Positions 20,301 to 29,402 of a stretch of DNA of 64,000 nt are shown piece by piece. How positions within the stretch are numbered: position 1 is the first letter of the stretch; the number at the start of each line of letters is the position of its first letter. The stretch is taken from contig CAIXTV010000054.1 of NCBI GenBank assembly GCA_903922465.1, positions 18,278 to 82,277 of the forward strand, in the 5' to 3' direction. Source of the DNA: an uncultured bacterium. Lineage in GTDB: Bacteria > Bacteroidota > Bacteroidia > Bacteroidales > CAIXTV01. Under the pieces are notes generated by a model that saw only the letters and a list, made by a program, of their open reading frames with translations, had not been told where the DNA came from and did no database searches. The position numbers were made by a program, and so were the translations under genes.

Positions 20301-23300
20301 CGTCAGTTGCAGGAGTTCCCCAAGTGGTGAAAGCAAGAGGGAGTTCATATTCATAATAGTTCTGGGTGAAATCGGAACCCAAACGAATAAATAAACTTAA
20401 ATCACCAGTATACATATTTTCGCTTGCTTTCAATTTTTCAGCATGCACATACATTTTCAATTTCTTGAACTGTCTTAAATCAAAGGTGGTAGTTTTATAA
20501 CAAGCTCTGGCATCGCCATCCAATAAATCATACACCCTCATTACAAGTGATTGCTCATTGAGTTGTTGAAGGTTGGTGGTAGCCGAATTGATTTCTCTAT
20601 TAATATCAGGAGGCAAAACATAAGGAATAGGAATTCTTGCTCCATTTTCTTCAATGCTAACAGCTGATAATTCAAACTTCGTATCTGCCGCAGGTCCTCC
20701 AGGCACATAGTCTCCAGGAGATAATAAATCGTTGGTATATTTTCTCCAGTCGCTCTTTACCAATTCAAAAGTTGCAAAACGACAAACTACTTCTTGCGAG
20801 AAATTACTTAAAAACATACGCAAGAAACGAACCGATTGAAATCCGTTGATTTGTCCAATTACCTTTTCGGGACTACGAACAGGAATTTTAAACTGATACC
20901 ATTTACAATTGGCAGTTGAACCATTAGCTAAAGGAACACCAGTTGCTTCATACATATCCGTAATATAATTCTCACCAACAACCATTTTATCAGGTTTCAG
21001 ATCGATATGGTATTGATAATATTTTTCTTCTTCGCTTAATGTATTGTCGTTATTAATATCTTCCACGTTAGGAAGCGTAGTTCCTAGTTCTTGAGGTGTG
21101 GTTGAATTTCCATCAGGACCATTAAATAATTTATAACGGTCAAGTATTTTCACATCGGCATTGTCTAAATCAGTGCCTCTGAAATAATGAAAGTCATCAG
21201 CAGAAGGGTCATTTGAAGCATCAATATAAGCCTGAGAAGTTGGGCCAAGCGTAGTAGCGATATTTTGTACATATCCCGAGAAAAAAGCTTGTTCGTAAGA
21301 ATCTCTTAATCCATCATAACCCACATCTTGAAATGGACGGGCAGCCGGGTCATTATCAAAAGCATTTACAACTGGCTGTAGAGTAGGCACTATTCCCCAT
21401 ATCGTAGTATCGACATTTGTAATTGTAGCCGTTGTTGGCAAACCATTTTCAAAGCTTTTTCTACCGTCTCTTAAGATATCTTCAGAAATATCACCCAAAT
21501 TGAAATACAATTTTCCCCCTGTATGATTTGGAACCGTGATAAATGGATCCATCATCCAAAACTCAATATATTCAACGTTAGTAGCATCAAAATCGGTTGT
21601 CTCAATTTTTCGCATAATCCCACCCCAACGGGTTTCAGGATTCTTCAGAGTTCCATCGGCATTTAAACCAGCTGAAAAAGGAGTTGTGTTTACATCATAA
21701 TTATAGGGACCTCTTTCGGAGGGATAATAAGCAAGATTTAATACGGCAATATTGGTAGGTTGACCATTTGGTGCTTGTTTGTTTGGAAATATTTCATTCT
21801 CTAATATTTCACGGGCATAGGGTTTCGATTGGTCATCGCTAGTGATATTTGAAGGCTTTTCGCTTCCCGAACGGTAAAACAAGGGATCAATTACATACCA
21901 AGCTAGTTTTGCTCTGTTAAATCCATAAGCAAGTGTTCCCGTGGTAGCTTCAGGAAACAATGTAGATTGTCCCAAAGGAGTACTTGCAAGATTCCAAGTA
22001 GCAATATTCTTTAAATCAATAGAAGATTTTGTTCCTTCAAAGTCATCAATATAAGATGTCCCTGAAGTTCCGATGGCACTTGAATGCCCTGGGATAAATT
22101 GAGCGAACTCACCATAAAAATTGATTTTTGAAGGGGCCTTTGTTTGAATCAAAGGTAAGAAGTCAACCAATTTGGTAATAAATCTCGAATCGGTTTGATA
22201 AGCTAAATCTAATCCCCAAATTGTATTATTAATTGGTTCGTCACCAAAATTCACCTTTTGAGTTATAGGTTTTTCGCGAAGATTTAAAATGGTAGCACCA
22301 ATATTAAAATCTTTATTGAATTCATAGTTAACGTGAGCACCAATAAAGCGCTTGGTTTGAAAATTCATTAAAGTATTACTCTCAGTCGAAATATTAATAG
22401 GTGTACCTGAGTTTAATATTCCTTCATTTATTATACGAACTCTACCCATTGTATAATCGACAGTGTAATCAACATTTTCTGTTAGAACAATACCTCCAAC
22501 TGAAACTCTAACCGATCCTTGAGGAATATTACCCATTCCAATAGAAATTTCGGAACCAGAAGCAGACTTATAAAAACCCTCGAGTATATATTTGTTTTTG
22601 TCAGGAAATTGTTGTGCTCCAGTTTTTGTCAATGTATAGAGGGAATCGTAAGCATACTTATTTGCAAATGTTGTATCAGGACAATCCTTACAAAACAGGG
22701 CACGCATATCTTTACCAAAAGGTTCAACCGTTGGGAAAAAGATTCTTCCGTTTGAAGCCTGTATCGTTCCTCCGTTAGTTGCAGCCTGATCAATAAAATC
22801 GAATATTCCGTCAGGTTCCGGATCTAATTGTGTGTTTAAGCGATCTAAACCCATGAGTTTGATTAAAGGGATTCCTTGTTTAGGACCTTCAGTAAAAAAT
22901 CCATTAGGAACACCACTATTATCGCCAGAATATAAAACATTCAGACGAAAATCTTCTTTATTCACCTGATATGCCCCTAAAGAATATACATTCTTCATCA
23001 TCAATTTCCATAAGGAAGATTGAGTGTTGAGGGATGAACTCTTTACCAACTTTACTATAATTGAATTGGGGGCATTCACTTCGTTTGAAAATTCTCCTAC
23101 CTGATATACAGTTGTGTCTCCAATAATTTGGAATTGATAAGCAACAGCCAAAACCTGATCAGGATTAAGAGATGTGTTTAAGGAAATAAATCCTAATTTC
23201 GAATTGTAAGTGTATTCCTGAGGGGTCAGCTTACGGGCAAGTTCTACCTTTTCATAATCCTGACCTGCAATAAGACCTTTTCCTGAAAGATAACTGCTTA

Positions 23301-24576
23301 CTGTATTAATATTCCGTACTTGAGAAGAATCAATTTTATTAATATTGTTTGCCAAAAACATATTATTAGCATTCTTGTCAGGCAAGGAATCATATCCGTG
23401 AGGGAAAGCAAAATTCGGTTGGAAATAGGTATTTGCAGGAATAAATTCGCCAACATCTGTAAAAGCAATAATGTTTCTGTTATCAGTTGTAGCAGCACCT
23501 ATATTGGTTTTCCAAACTTCAATTTTAACGATATTTACCGGAGAAGAAATTAAGGGTATGCGATTTAAAAACCGATTATAATGATTGTAGAAATATTGAG
23601 AAGTAAAATAATGCTTACTTTCTTCATATTGATCAGCTTTAAAGGCATAAGAACTGGTTTGTGCACCACCAGCTACAGTTATGCTTGAGGTCTGACTCTT
23701 TTGTTCAGAATACACAGCTGTAACTGTTGTCTTTCCAAATTGAAGCTTGGTTTTTAATCCAAAAAGAGCTTGACTACCAGGTATCAATTGACTATTCAGT
23801 GGCATACTAACATCACCTGCTTCGATGAGTTTGATAATTTCATCTTCCTTGCCTTCGTATTTCAATTTGATTTTATTTTCAAAATCAAAGGTGGCTTCAG
23901 TATTATAATTGGTTTTAAATTTAATTTTATCACCAATATTTGCATCAACACTCATTTGAATTTTCATTTGAAAATCGAAATTGGTTGTACTTCGTTGTTT
24001 TACAGATATTGCCGGATCGTCGCGTTTATTATAAATAACCCCAAAAATCAATTCGGCAGAACCTGAAGGGCGGATATCAATTGAAGTATTTCCAAATATT
24101 TTGTCGAGCAATTCTCCGCCAAAATTTAATTTAGGAATTATAGAGTTTCTCGAACCAAATCCAGAATTTTTTGCACGTTCACGCCAATACTTTTGCAATT
24201 CCTTATCCATATCGAATTTTTGAAATTCGTTAAACGACATGGTATTAGAAGGACCATAAGGGGTTTCGCCTATCTTTTCAGTAAATTTATATTCACGACT
24301 TTGGGGTTCATATTCTATATTGGTTTTTATATTCTTTGGATCTTCCATATAGAAAGGATGCTCCTTATCGGTTCCAGTGAAAATTTTATCTTTTTCAATC
24401 AAAGGATAAATCAATTCACTGTTTAACAACTGAAAGGTATCGATAGGTATGCTATCAGGGGGTAAATTTTTCACTTGCCTGAAATCTCTTTCAATTCGTG
24501 CATTCGAACCAAATACAAATAAAATAATGGCAGAAAATAAAGTGAATTTAAATATATTAAGGATCAGTTTCTCCAA
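17329..24576 (-). CDS. sprA: T9SS outer-membrane translocon SprA (Sov)
   Basis: 2415 aa. Blocks such as SIDIRPSGSAELIFGVIYNKRDDPA and GDVSMPLNSQLIPGSQALFGLKTKLQFGKTTVTAVYSEQKSQTSS match my recollection of Flavobacterium SprA. TTG start, since no upstream in-frame ATG exists. Confidence 0.95.
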   Translation of the reverse strand: MEKLILNIFKFTLFSAIILFVFGSNARIERDFRQVKNLPPDSIPIDTFQLLNSELIYPLIEKDKIFTGTDKEHPFYMEDPKNIKTNIEYEPQSREYKFTEKIGETPYGPSNTMSFNEFQKFDMDKELQKYWRERAKNSGFGSRNSIIPKLNFGGELLDKIFGNTSIDIRPSGSAELIFGVIYNKRDDPAISVKQRSTTNFDFQMKIQMSVDANIGDKIKFKTNYNTEATFDFENKIKLKYEGKEDEIIKLIEAGDVSMPLNSQLIPGSQALFGLKTKLQFGKTTVTAVYSEQKSQTSSITVAGGAQTSSYAFKADQYEESKHYFTSQYFYNHYNRFLNRIPLISSPVNIVKIEVWKTNIGAATTDNRNIIAFTDVGEFIPANTYFQPNFAFPHGYDSLPDKNANNMFLANNINKIDSSQVRNINTVSSYLSGKGLIAGQDYEKVELARKLTPQEYTYNSKLGFISLNTSLNPDQVLAVAYQFQIIGDTTVYQVGEFSNEVNAPNSIIVKLVKSSSLNTQSSLWKLMMKNVYSLGAYQVNKEDFRLNVLYSGDNSGVPNGFFTEGPKQGIPLIKLMGLDRLNTQLDPEPDGIFDFIDQAATNGGTIQASNGRIFFPTVEPFGKDMRALFCKDCPDTTFANKYAYDSLYTLTKTGAQQFPDKNKYILEGFYKSASGSEISIGMGNIPQGSVRVSVGGIVLTENVDYTVDYTMGRVRIINEGILNSGTPINISTESNTLMNFQTKRFIGAHVNYEFNKDFNIGATILNLREKPITQKVNFGDEPINNTIWGLDLAYQTDSRFITKLVDFLPLIQTKAPSKINFYGEFAQFIPGHSSAIGTSGTSYIDDFEGTKSSIDLKNIATWNLASTPLGQSTLFPEATTGTLAYGFNRAKLAWYVIDPLFYRSGSEKPSNITSDDQSKPYAREILENEIFPNKQAPNGQPTNIAVLNLAYYPSERGPYNYDVNTTPFSAGLNADGTLKNPETRWGGIMRKIETTDFDATNVEYIEFWMMDPFITVPNHTGGKLYFNLGDISEDILRDGRKSFENGLPTTATITNVDTTIWGIVPTLQPVVNAFDNDPAARPFQDVGYDGLRDSYEQAFFSGYVQNIATTLGPTSQAYIDASNDPSADDFHYFRGTDLDNADVKILDRYKLFNGPDGNSTTPQELGTTLPNVEDINNDNTLSEEEKYYQYHIDLKPDKMVVGENYITDMYEATGVPLANGSTANCKWYQFKIPVRSPEKVIGQINGFQSVRFLRMFLSNFSQEVVCRFATFELVKSDWRKYTNDLLSPGDYVPGGPAADTKFELSAVSIEENGARIPIPYVLPPDINREINSATTNLQQLNEQSLVMRVYDLLDGDARACYKTTTFDLRQFKKLKMYVHAEKLKASENMYTGDLSLFIRLGSDFTQNYYEYELPLAFTTWGTPATDDRSIWPDQNQLEIELQKFIDAKQNRNIDFRNSVAGVSISNPYIVPDGSNRITVMGAPNIADVRTIMIGIRNPKKKALGDNDDMLPKSAEIWVNELRLTDFNEYGGWAATARIRTNLADLGDLQVAGQISTPGFGSLEKKINERQKEQITQFDIATNLELGKFLGAKSGVRIPMHYDYSNITNKPLYNPLNPDTKLQSDLDSYDNSLQSDSIKNIVNDVTIRKNINFMNMRKDRTGSSNKVHLWDVENFDLSYAYSEISHRNIDIEYDTKKKHVGGLGYNFSMNPKNVRPFSKFKFLKSKSLAAVKDFNFYYAPRTLGFRTDINREFSEKLLRAKSIGNVIIDPSYIKIFEWNRFYTLKYDLTQSLKIDYSATSNARIDEPPGKIDTKTKQDSIFNNILGFGRMTRYNQNIDINYTIPINKIPILNWVSVNAKYGGTYRWEASPLSLKEMGNTIENSNTKQVNANLNFVNLYNKIDYLKKINSGQSTSTKKETIPVKNAKGIVIKSSAKSPKTGKNLDSTEVVETPNYLKIILDNTLRLIMSARSASVNYSINEGILLPGFTKSPVMVGQDFGSGAPGLDFVFGGQRNIRPDAVMNNWLTTDTLMNYPYLTKKSEVLNFRATLEPLPDFKIELTANRNYTEMHQEYYKYNSVSNQFAQYSPTTTGNFSMSFMMIGTSFTDVTNKENSSILFERFKDYRMEIANRLASANPNWDGTRNDTTNFPMGYGATSQDVLIPAFLAAYAGKNASKVSLKAFPTLPLPNWRITYTGLSKIKMIKKWFSSITLSHGYTSSYSVGSFITNIRYQADADGYQYVKDVLGNYLPSKEIGMILITEQFSPLISIDMTWKNSLLTKFEYKKSRNYSLSFSNNQLTDVTSSEFVIGLGYRIKNIEYIFRAIGLSSSKGKKQKSDLNIKADFSVRDNRTVLRKIVEAVDQISSGQTLTSINVSAEYQISQKVTAKLFFDDRINTPYVSSQFPITNMNTGISIKFTL

Positions 24577-24592
24577 GTAGATTCGGTTTTGT

Positions 24593-25177
24593 TTATAAAA
24601 TTTTCAAGGCTCTTTTAATGAGTTCTTCCACACTTAAATTTTCCTCAGCACTTTTTATCACTTTCATAATAGCTTTTTCAGCAACAAGTCGGACAAATCC
24701 AAGCATAACTAAACCAGATAACGCTTCTTGTTGAATTGTATTGTATGCAACCGAATAATTTTCACTTAAAATGGTCTTTTTCGATAATTTATCCTTTAAT
24801 TCTATAATGATTCTTTGAGCTGTTTTACCTCCAATCCCCTTAATGGCTTGCAAGAGACTTACATTTCCCATAGCTACTGCCTGGCAAATATCATCAGGGT
24901 TCATGGCCGAAAGCATCACACGAGCGGTATTTGGTCCAATTCCCGAAACCGAAATTAAATGCCTGAAAATATCTCTTTCATTTTCATCAATAAAGCCATA
25001 AAGCGTATGCGAGTCTTCTTTCACAATCAAATGAGCAAATAATTTGCAACTTTCAATATTGTTAAGTTTCTCATATGTATACAACGATATGTTGAGCATA
25101 TAACCCACTCCTTGCACATCTATAACTGCGTATGCGGGATTCTTCTCTACAAGTTTTCCTTTAATAAATGCAAACAT
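24593..25177 (-). CDS. ruvA: Holliday junction DNA helicase subunit RuvA
   Basis: MFAFIKGKL... N-terminus, with the HhH motifs LISVSGIGPNTA and IKGIGGKTAQRI. Start set at ATG 25177 because a -7 box sits at 25208-25215, inside the longer ORF. Confidence 0.95.
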   Translation of the reverse strand: MFAFIKGKLVEKNPAYAVIDVQGVGYMLNISLYTYEKLNNIESCKLFAHLIVKEDSHTLYGFIDENERDIFRHLISVSGIGPNTARVMLSAMNPDDICQAVAMGNVSLLQAIKGIGGKTAQRIIIELKDKLSKKTILSENYSVAYNTIQQEALSGLVMLGFVRLVAEKAIMKVIKSAEENLSVEELIKRALKIL

Positions 25178-25207
25178 ATCTTCTAAGACGTTTCTGATTA
25201 ACGTTTG

Positions 25208-25215
25208 CAAAAATA
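25208..25215 (-). promoter_or_regulatory. Bacteroidota -7 promoter box (TATTTTTG) for ruvA-sprA
   Basis: Exact TAnnTTTG on the minus strand, 30 nt upstream of ATG 25177. Confidence 0.45.
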
Positions 25216-25467
25216 TGCAATTTTTTTCTAACACACTATGCTTAGTTTATATTAGAGATTTCTTTTGGGGGGGAAAGAGGTATTATTTAGAAATAAAGAG
25301 GTCGTAATATAAAAATGTTTTCAGAATAACTTTTCTAACTCACGTACTTTATGAGATACTGTCTTCTATCCCAAATCAGTGAAATTATGGTAATATTATT
25401 TTGGAGCTGTTAATGAATAAAGCAAAAACTTTAAATCACCATTTTTCGTTTTCATTTCTATCTAACT

Positions 25468-26559
25468 TTAATTTTCAATCATCGTCAAATTAAACTGCTG
25501 ATCCCGCATTACAGGTGTAAATCCGGCTTCTTTAATAGCTTCTTTCATCACTTCAATAGAAATTCGATGCTTGGCCCCTGCAGCCGAAACCACATGTTCT
25601 TCAATCATTACCGAACCTAAATCATTAGCCCCTGCCCAAAGACAAAGTTGAGCTATCTGCTTCCCTACTGTCAACCACGAAGGCTGAATGTTAGGCACAT
25701 TAGGCAGCATCAGGCGGCTGATAGCGATGGTACGAATATATTCTTCATCAGAAACAGTGTCAAATGTATGTTTTTTCGCAAGTACAGTGTTTTCCGATTG
25801 AAATGTCCATGGAATAAAAGAGATAAAACCCTTAGCATCTTGAGGCTTTTCCGATTGCACCTGCCTTATATCCGCCAATTGCTGAATGCGTTGCTCTTTG
25901 GTTTCAATATGCCCAAACATCATGGTGGCAGTTGTTGTCAACCTTAGGGTATGAGCCACTTTCATTACTTCAAACCAGTCGAAGGCCGAACATTTTCCCT
26001 TCGAAATCTTTTTTCTAATATTATCATTCAAAATCTCAGCACCTGCGCCTGGCAAACTATCTAGCCCGGCCTGCATAAGTTGTTTGAGCACTTCACTATA
26101 AGTAAGTCCTTCTTGCTTTGCTAAAAAAACAATTTCGGGCGGGCCTAATGCATGTAATTTCACTTCAGGGAAATCCTTCTTAAGTTCACTAAACAAATTC
26201 ACATAATCCATTAATTTTAATTTTGGATGCATGCCTCCTTGCAACAAAAGTTGATTTCCTCCCAAATCAAATAATTCTTTAATCTTCTCAGCATACTGCC
26301 CTTGAGTTGTAATAAAACTATCACAATGATTCAAAGGTCTATGAAAGTTACAAAACTCGCAACCTGAAACACAAACATTAGTAATATTTACATTACGGTC
26401 AATTATCCACGATACATTTTTCACAGGATGAAGCTTTTCCCTAACAGAATGTGCTGCTTGCATTAATTCAGCTAAGGGCGTTTTGGTATAAATTTCAAGC
26501 GCTTCATCAACATTTATCCACTCTAAATCAAGAGCTTTTTGAATTATTTTATTTGTCAT
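25468..26559 (-). CDS. Radical SAM enzyme, CofH/MqnC/MqnE family (MqnC-like, futalosine-route menaquinone synthesis)
   Basis: The IIDRNVNITNVCVSGCEFCNFHR CxxxCxxC cluster and overall layout resemble cyclic dehypoxanthinyl futalosine synthase. Subfamily assignment is from memory only. Confidence 0.7.
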   Translation of the reverse strand: MTNKIIQKALDLEWINVDEALEIYTKTPLAELMQAAHSVREKLHPVKNVSWIIDRNVNITNVCVSGCEFCNFHRPLNHCDSFITTQGQYAEKIKELFDLGGNQLLLQGGMHPKLKLMDYVNLFSELKKDFPEVKLHALGPPEIVFLAKQEGLTYSEVLKQLMQAGLDSLPGAGAEILNDNIRKKISKGKCSAFDWFEVMKVAHTLRLTTTATMMFGHIETKEQRIQQLADIRQVQSEKPQDAKGFISFIPWTFQSENTVLAKKHTFDTVSDEEYIRTIAISRLMLPNVPNIQPSWLTVGKQIAQLCLWAGANDLGSVMIEEHVVSAAGAKHRISIEVMKEAIKEAGFTPVMRDQQFNLTMIEN

Positions 26560-26669
26560 TAATTGAATTTATATTTCTTTTAAATTAAGCCATGATGAAT
26601 GGAAACTACTCTAGACTTGCAAAATAGTTTCACTCATAAATCAAAATTACTTTTTCTTCGGTGGTTTCT

Positions 26670-27122
26670 TCACTTTGGTAGCTTACCAAATAATTTCACT
26701 ATAAAACGATGAAATTTATGAGCACCAGTAATAGGTTCTAAAAACATTAGAATGCATTTTCCGTAAATAATATTTCGGTCTGAAGACTTTGAAATCTCTT
26801 TCACATAAGGTGTTTCTGAAGTTTGTTGTACCCATATTTTCGTAACTCCCTTTTCAATTGCTTGGTTTAGAACTAAATCTGTATTTGGTTTTCCTGTAAC
26901 AATAACACATGCATCAATTTCATCGGGCAAAGATAATAGGTCTTTAAAACAAGTTTTCTCATTCAAACTATCCATATTGGGATTTATTGGAAAACAGTTG
27001 TATCCTTTGTCTAAAAGTGCCTGATAAATTAGGAATCCAAACTTTTTAGGATTACGTGAAACGCCAACAACAGCAATATTTTGGCTATGAAGAAATTCAT
27101 CGATTTGTGCTTTACGAATCAT
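26670..27122 (-). CDS. CoA-binding domain protein (YccU/YneT-like)
   Basis: 150 aa. NIAVVGVSRNPKKFG Rossmann-like start typical of the CoA_binding_2 family. Confidence 0.7.
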   Translation of the reverse strand: MIRKAQIDEFLHSQNIAVVGVSRNPKKFGFLIYQALLDKGYNCFPINPNMDSLNEKTCFKDLLSLPDEIDACVIVTGKPNTDLVLNQAIEKGVTKIWVQQTSETPYVKEISKSSDRNIIYGKCILMFLEPITGAHKFHRFIVKLFGKLPK

Positions 27123-27172
27123 AATATTACATTTTTGAAGCCGTAAATTTACGCTTATTATGTATTATACTC

Positions 27173-27180
27173 TATATTTG
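27173..27180 (+). promoter_or_regulatory. Bacteroidota -7 promoter box (TATATTTG)
   Basis: Exact TAnnTTTG 19 nt upstream of ATG 27200. Confidence 0.45.
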
Positions 27181-27199
27181 TAAAAAATATTTTTACTTC

Positions 27200-28240
27200 A
27201 TGAAGCTGCCTTCACTTACTTCTTTTGCCGGAAAAAGAATCATCATCAGCCGCACAGATGGGATAGGCGATGTCGTATTAACCTTATTACTTGCAGGTTT
27301 ACTGAAAAAACACTTCCCTACATGCGAAATCTTTTTCATAGGAAAAGATTATACGATTCCCATAATAGAATGCTCCAAATATGTTGATAAAATTATATCA
27401 TTAGATACAATTACTTCTCTAGAAAAAGATGAACAAATACTTGCATTTAAAAAATTGAATGCTGATGTTATCATACATGTTTTCCCTCAAAAGGAAATCG
27501 CTAATTTGGCTTTACAAGCTTTAATTCCATTAAGGATAGGAACAACAAATCGTTTTTGGCATTGGAAAACTTGTAATTATCTTGTGCCTTTATCCCGCAA
27601 GAATTCTAATTTCCATGAGGCAGAGTTGAACTTACAATTGCTGAAATCATTTATCAAAAACCCTTTGCCTATAAAAGAATCAATTTGGCAGTATTATGGT
27701 TTTTCTAAGGTCCCAAAGCTTTCTGCTAAGCATTCAGGATTATTATCTCTTACCAAACCCAACATAATTTTACATCCATTCACTAAAGGAAGTGCCAGAG
27801 AATGGGGTTTGGAAAACTTTTATGCATTGGCCAAATTACTACAAAAGGATTTTCGTGTTTTTATTACAGGCAATCATAATGAGGGCGCATTGCTTCAAAA
27901 TCATCCTATTCTTTCCTTAGATGAAGTCATTAATGTAACCGGAGCCTTTTCCCTAAGAGAATTTATGGGTTTTATTAATCAATGCGATGGATTGATTGCT
28001 GCAAGCACTGGTCCTCTTCATATTGCCTCAGCTTACGGAAAATTTACGCTTGGGCTTTACCCTCCTATTCGTCCAATGCATCCAGGCCGTTGGGCACCTT
28101 TAGGACAAAATGCAACTTATCTTGTTAAGGATAATAAATGCAATAAATGTCGAAAGTCTTCACAATGTGAATGTATGAAAAGCATCTCTCCCGAAGAAGT
28201 ATCTGAAAACATATTTAATCATTTTAAAATTCAAACATAA
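27200..28240 (+). CDS. Glycosyltransferase family 9 (LPS heptosyltransferase-like)
   Basis: 346 aa. N-terminal RIIISRTDGIGDVVLT and C-terminal GLIAASTGPLHIASA motifs typical of GT9. Confidence 0.8.
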   Translation: MKLPSLTSFAGKRIIISRTDGIGDVVLTLLLAGLLKKHFPTCEIFFIGKDYTIPIIECSKYVDKIISLDTITSLEKDEQILAFKKLNADVIIHVFPQKEIANLALQALIPLRIGTTNRFWHWKTCNYLVPLSRKNSNFHEAELNLQLLKSFIKNPLPIKESIWQYYGFSKVPKLSAKHSGLLSLTKPNIILHPFTKGSAREWGLENFYALAKLLQKDFRVFITGNHNEGALLQNHPILSLDEVINVTGAFSLREFMGFINQCDGLIAASTGPLHIASAYGKFTLGLYPPIRPMHPGRWAPLGQNATYLVKDNKCNKCRKSSQCECMKSISPEEVSENIFNHFKIQT

Positions 28241-28250
28241 TTAATATCAC

Positions 28251-29402
28251 ATGAAAAAAATCATTTTTATTTTCCTCGGAATTTTAGTTTCCGCGATGTT
28301 TTTAGCCTATTTATTTGCTCCTCGTTATATCCAAAAAGCTCTAATTTACCAAACTGCCGACATCGATGATTACAAGATATTCGATAACGACACGGTTAAA
28401 GCTGGGAATTACCAACCATGGAAAGTATCAAGTAAATATAACACACATAAGTTTTCTGATAAAGCAATTAAAAACTTCATTGATTATAAGAGTGTTGCTT
28501 TTGTAGTAATTCAACATGATTCCTTATTGCAAGAGGATTACTGGAATGGATACAGCAATCAATCTTTGTCGAATTCATTTTCAATGGCAAAATCAATTGT
28601 AGGGCTACTCATAGGGATAGCAATTGATGAAGGAAAAATCAAAAATGTGGATCAGGCTGTTGTTGATTTCCTGCCAGAGTTCAACACTCCTGAACTCAAA
28701 GGAATTACAATTAAAAATCTGCTAACTATGAGTGCTGGTTTTGATGTTAGTGAAGCTTATTCTTCGCTGTTTAATATTACGACAGAAGCATATTATGGGG
28801 AAAATCTCTATAAACTTTCCACAGGATTAAAAGTTAAAGATAAACCGGGAACAATGTTTAATTATGTAAGTTTAGAATCCCAATTATTATCTTTTATTAT
28901 TGAAAAAGCATGTGGTATGTCTATCAGTAAATATGCTTCTGAAAAATTATGGAAGCCAATAGGGGCTAAGTATGATGCACTTTGGAGTCTCGATAAAAAA
29001 GGCGGTAATGAAAAAGCATTTTGCTGTTTCAATTCTAATGCCCCTGATTTTGCCCGAATTGGCCAGCTCGTATTAAATCATGGGAAGTGGAACGATTTGC
29101 AAGTAGTTTCTGATACTTTTTTAACTCAAGCATTGCAAGTTGATGATTTTTTAAAAGATGAAAGTAATGAAAATGTCACATATTATGGATATCAGTGGTG
29201 GATTTTAAATTACAAAGACACAAAGATTCCTTATTGCAGGGGTTTGTTGGGTCAGTATATATTTGTTATACCTTCGAAAGATGCAGTTGTGGTGAGATTA
29301 GGTGAAAAGCGCAGCGATAAAAACCGTCAGCATGCTACTGAAGATGTTTTCTTATGGTTAGACGCAGCTTGGGAAATTATCGGGGAATCCAATCATCATT
29401 AA
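28251..29402 (+). CDS. Serine hydrolase, beta-lactamase/transpeptidase-like family, membrane anchored
   Basis: N-terminal TM helix, S-x-x-K motif (SMAKS) and the general class C beta-lactamase-related layout. Confidence 0.75.
   Translation: MKKIIFIFLGILVSAMFLAYLFAPRYIQKALIYQTADIDDYKIFDNDTVKAGNYQPWKVSSKYNTHKFSDKAIKNFIDYKSVAFVVIQHDSLLQEDYWNGYSNQSLSNSFSMAKSIVGLLIGIAIDEGKIKNVDQAVVDFLPEFNTPELKGITIKNLLTMSAGFDVSEAYSSLFNITTEAYYGENLYKLSTGLKVKDKPGTMFNYVSLESQLLSFIIEKACGMSISKYASEKLWKPIGAKYDALWSLDKKGGNEKAFCCFNSNAPDFARIGQLVLNHGKWNDLQVVSDTFLTQALQVDDFLKDESNENVTYYGYQWWILNYKDTKIPYCRGLLGQYIFVIPSKDAVVVRLGEKRSDKNRQHATEDVFLWLDAAWEIIGESNHH

Noticed and set aside
17329-24576. Numerous small ORFs on both strands inside sprA
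   Set aside because: All are contained within a 2415-aa ORF that closely resembles SprA, so they are shadow ORFs.
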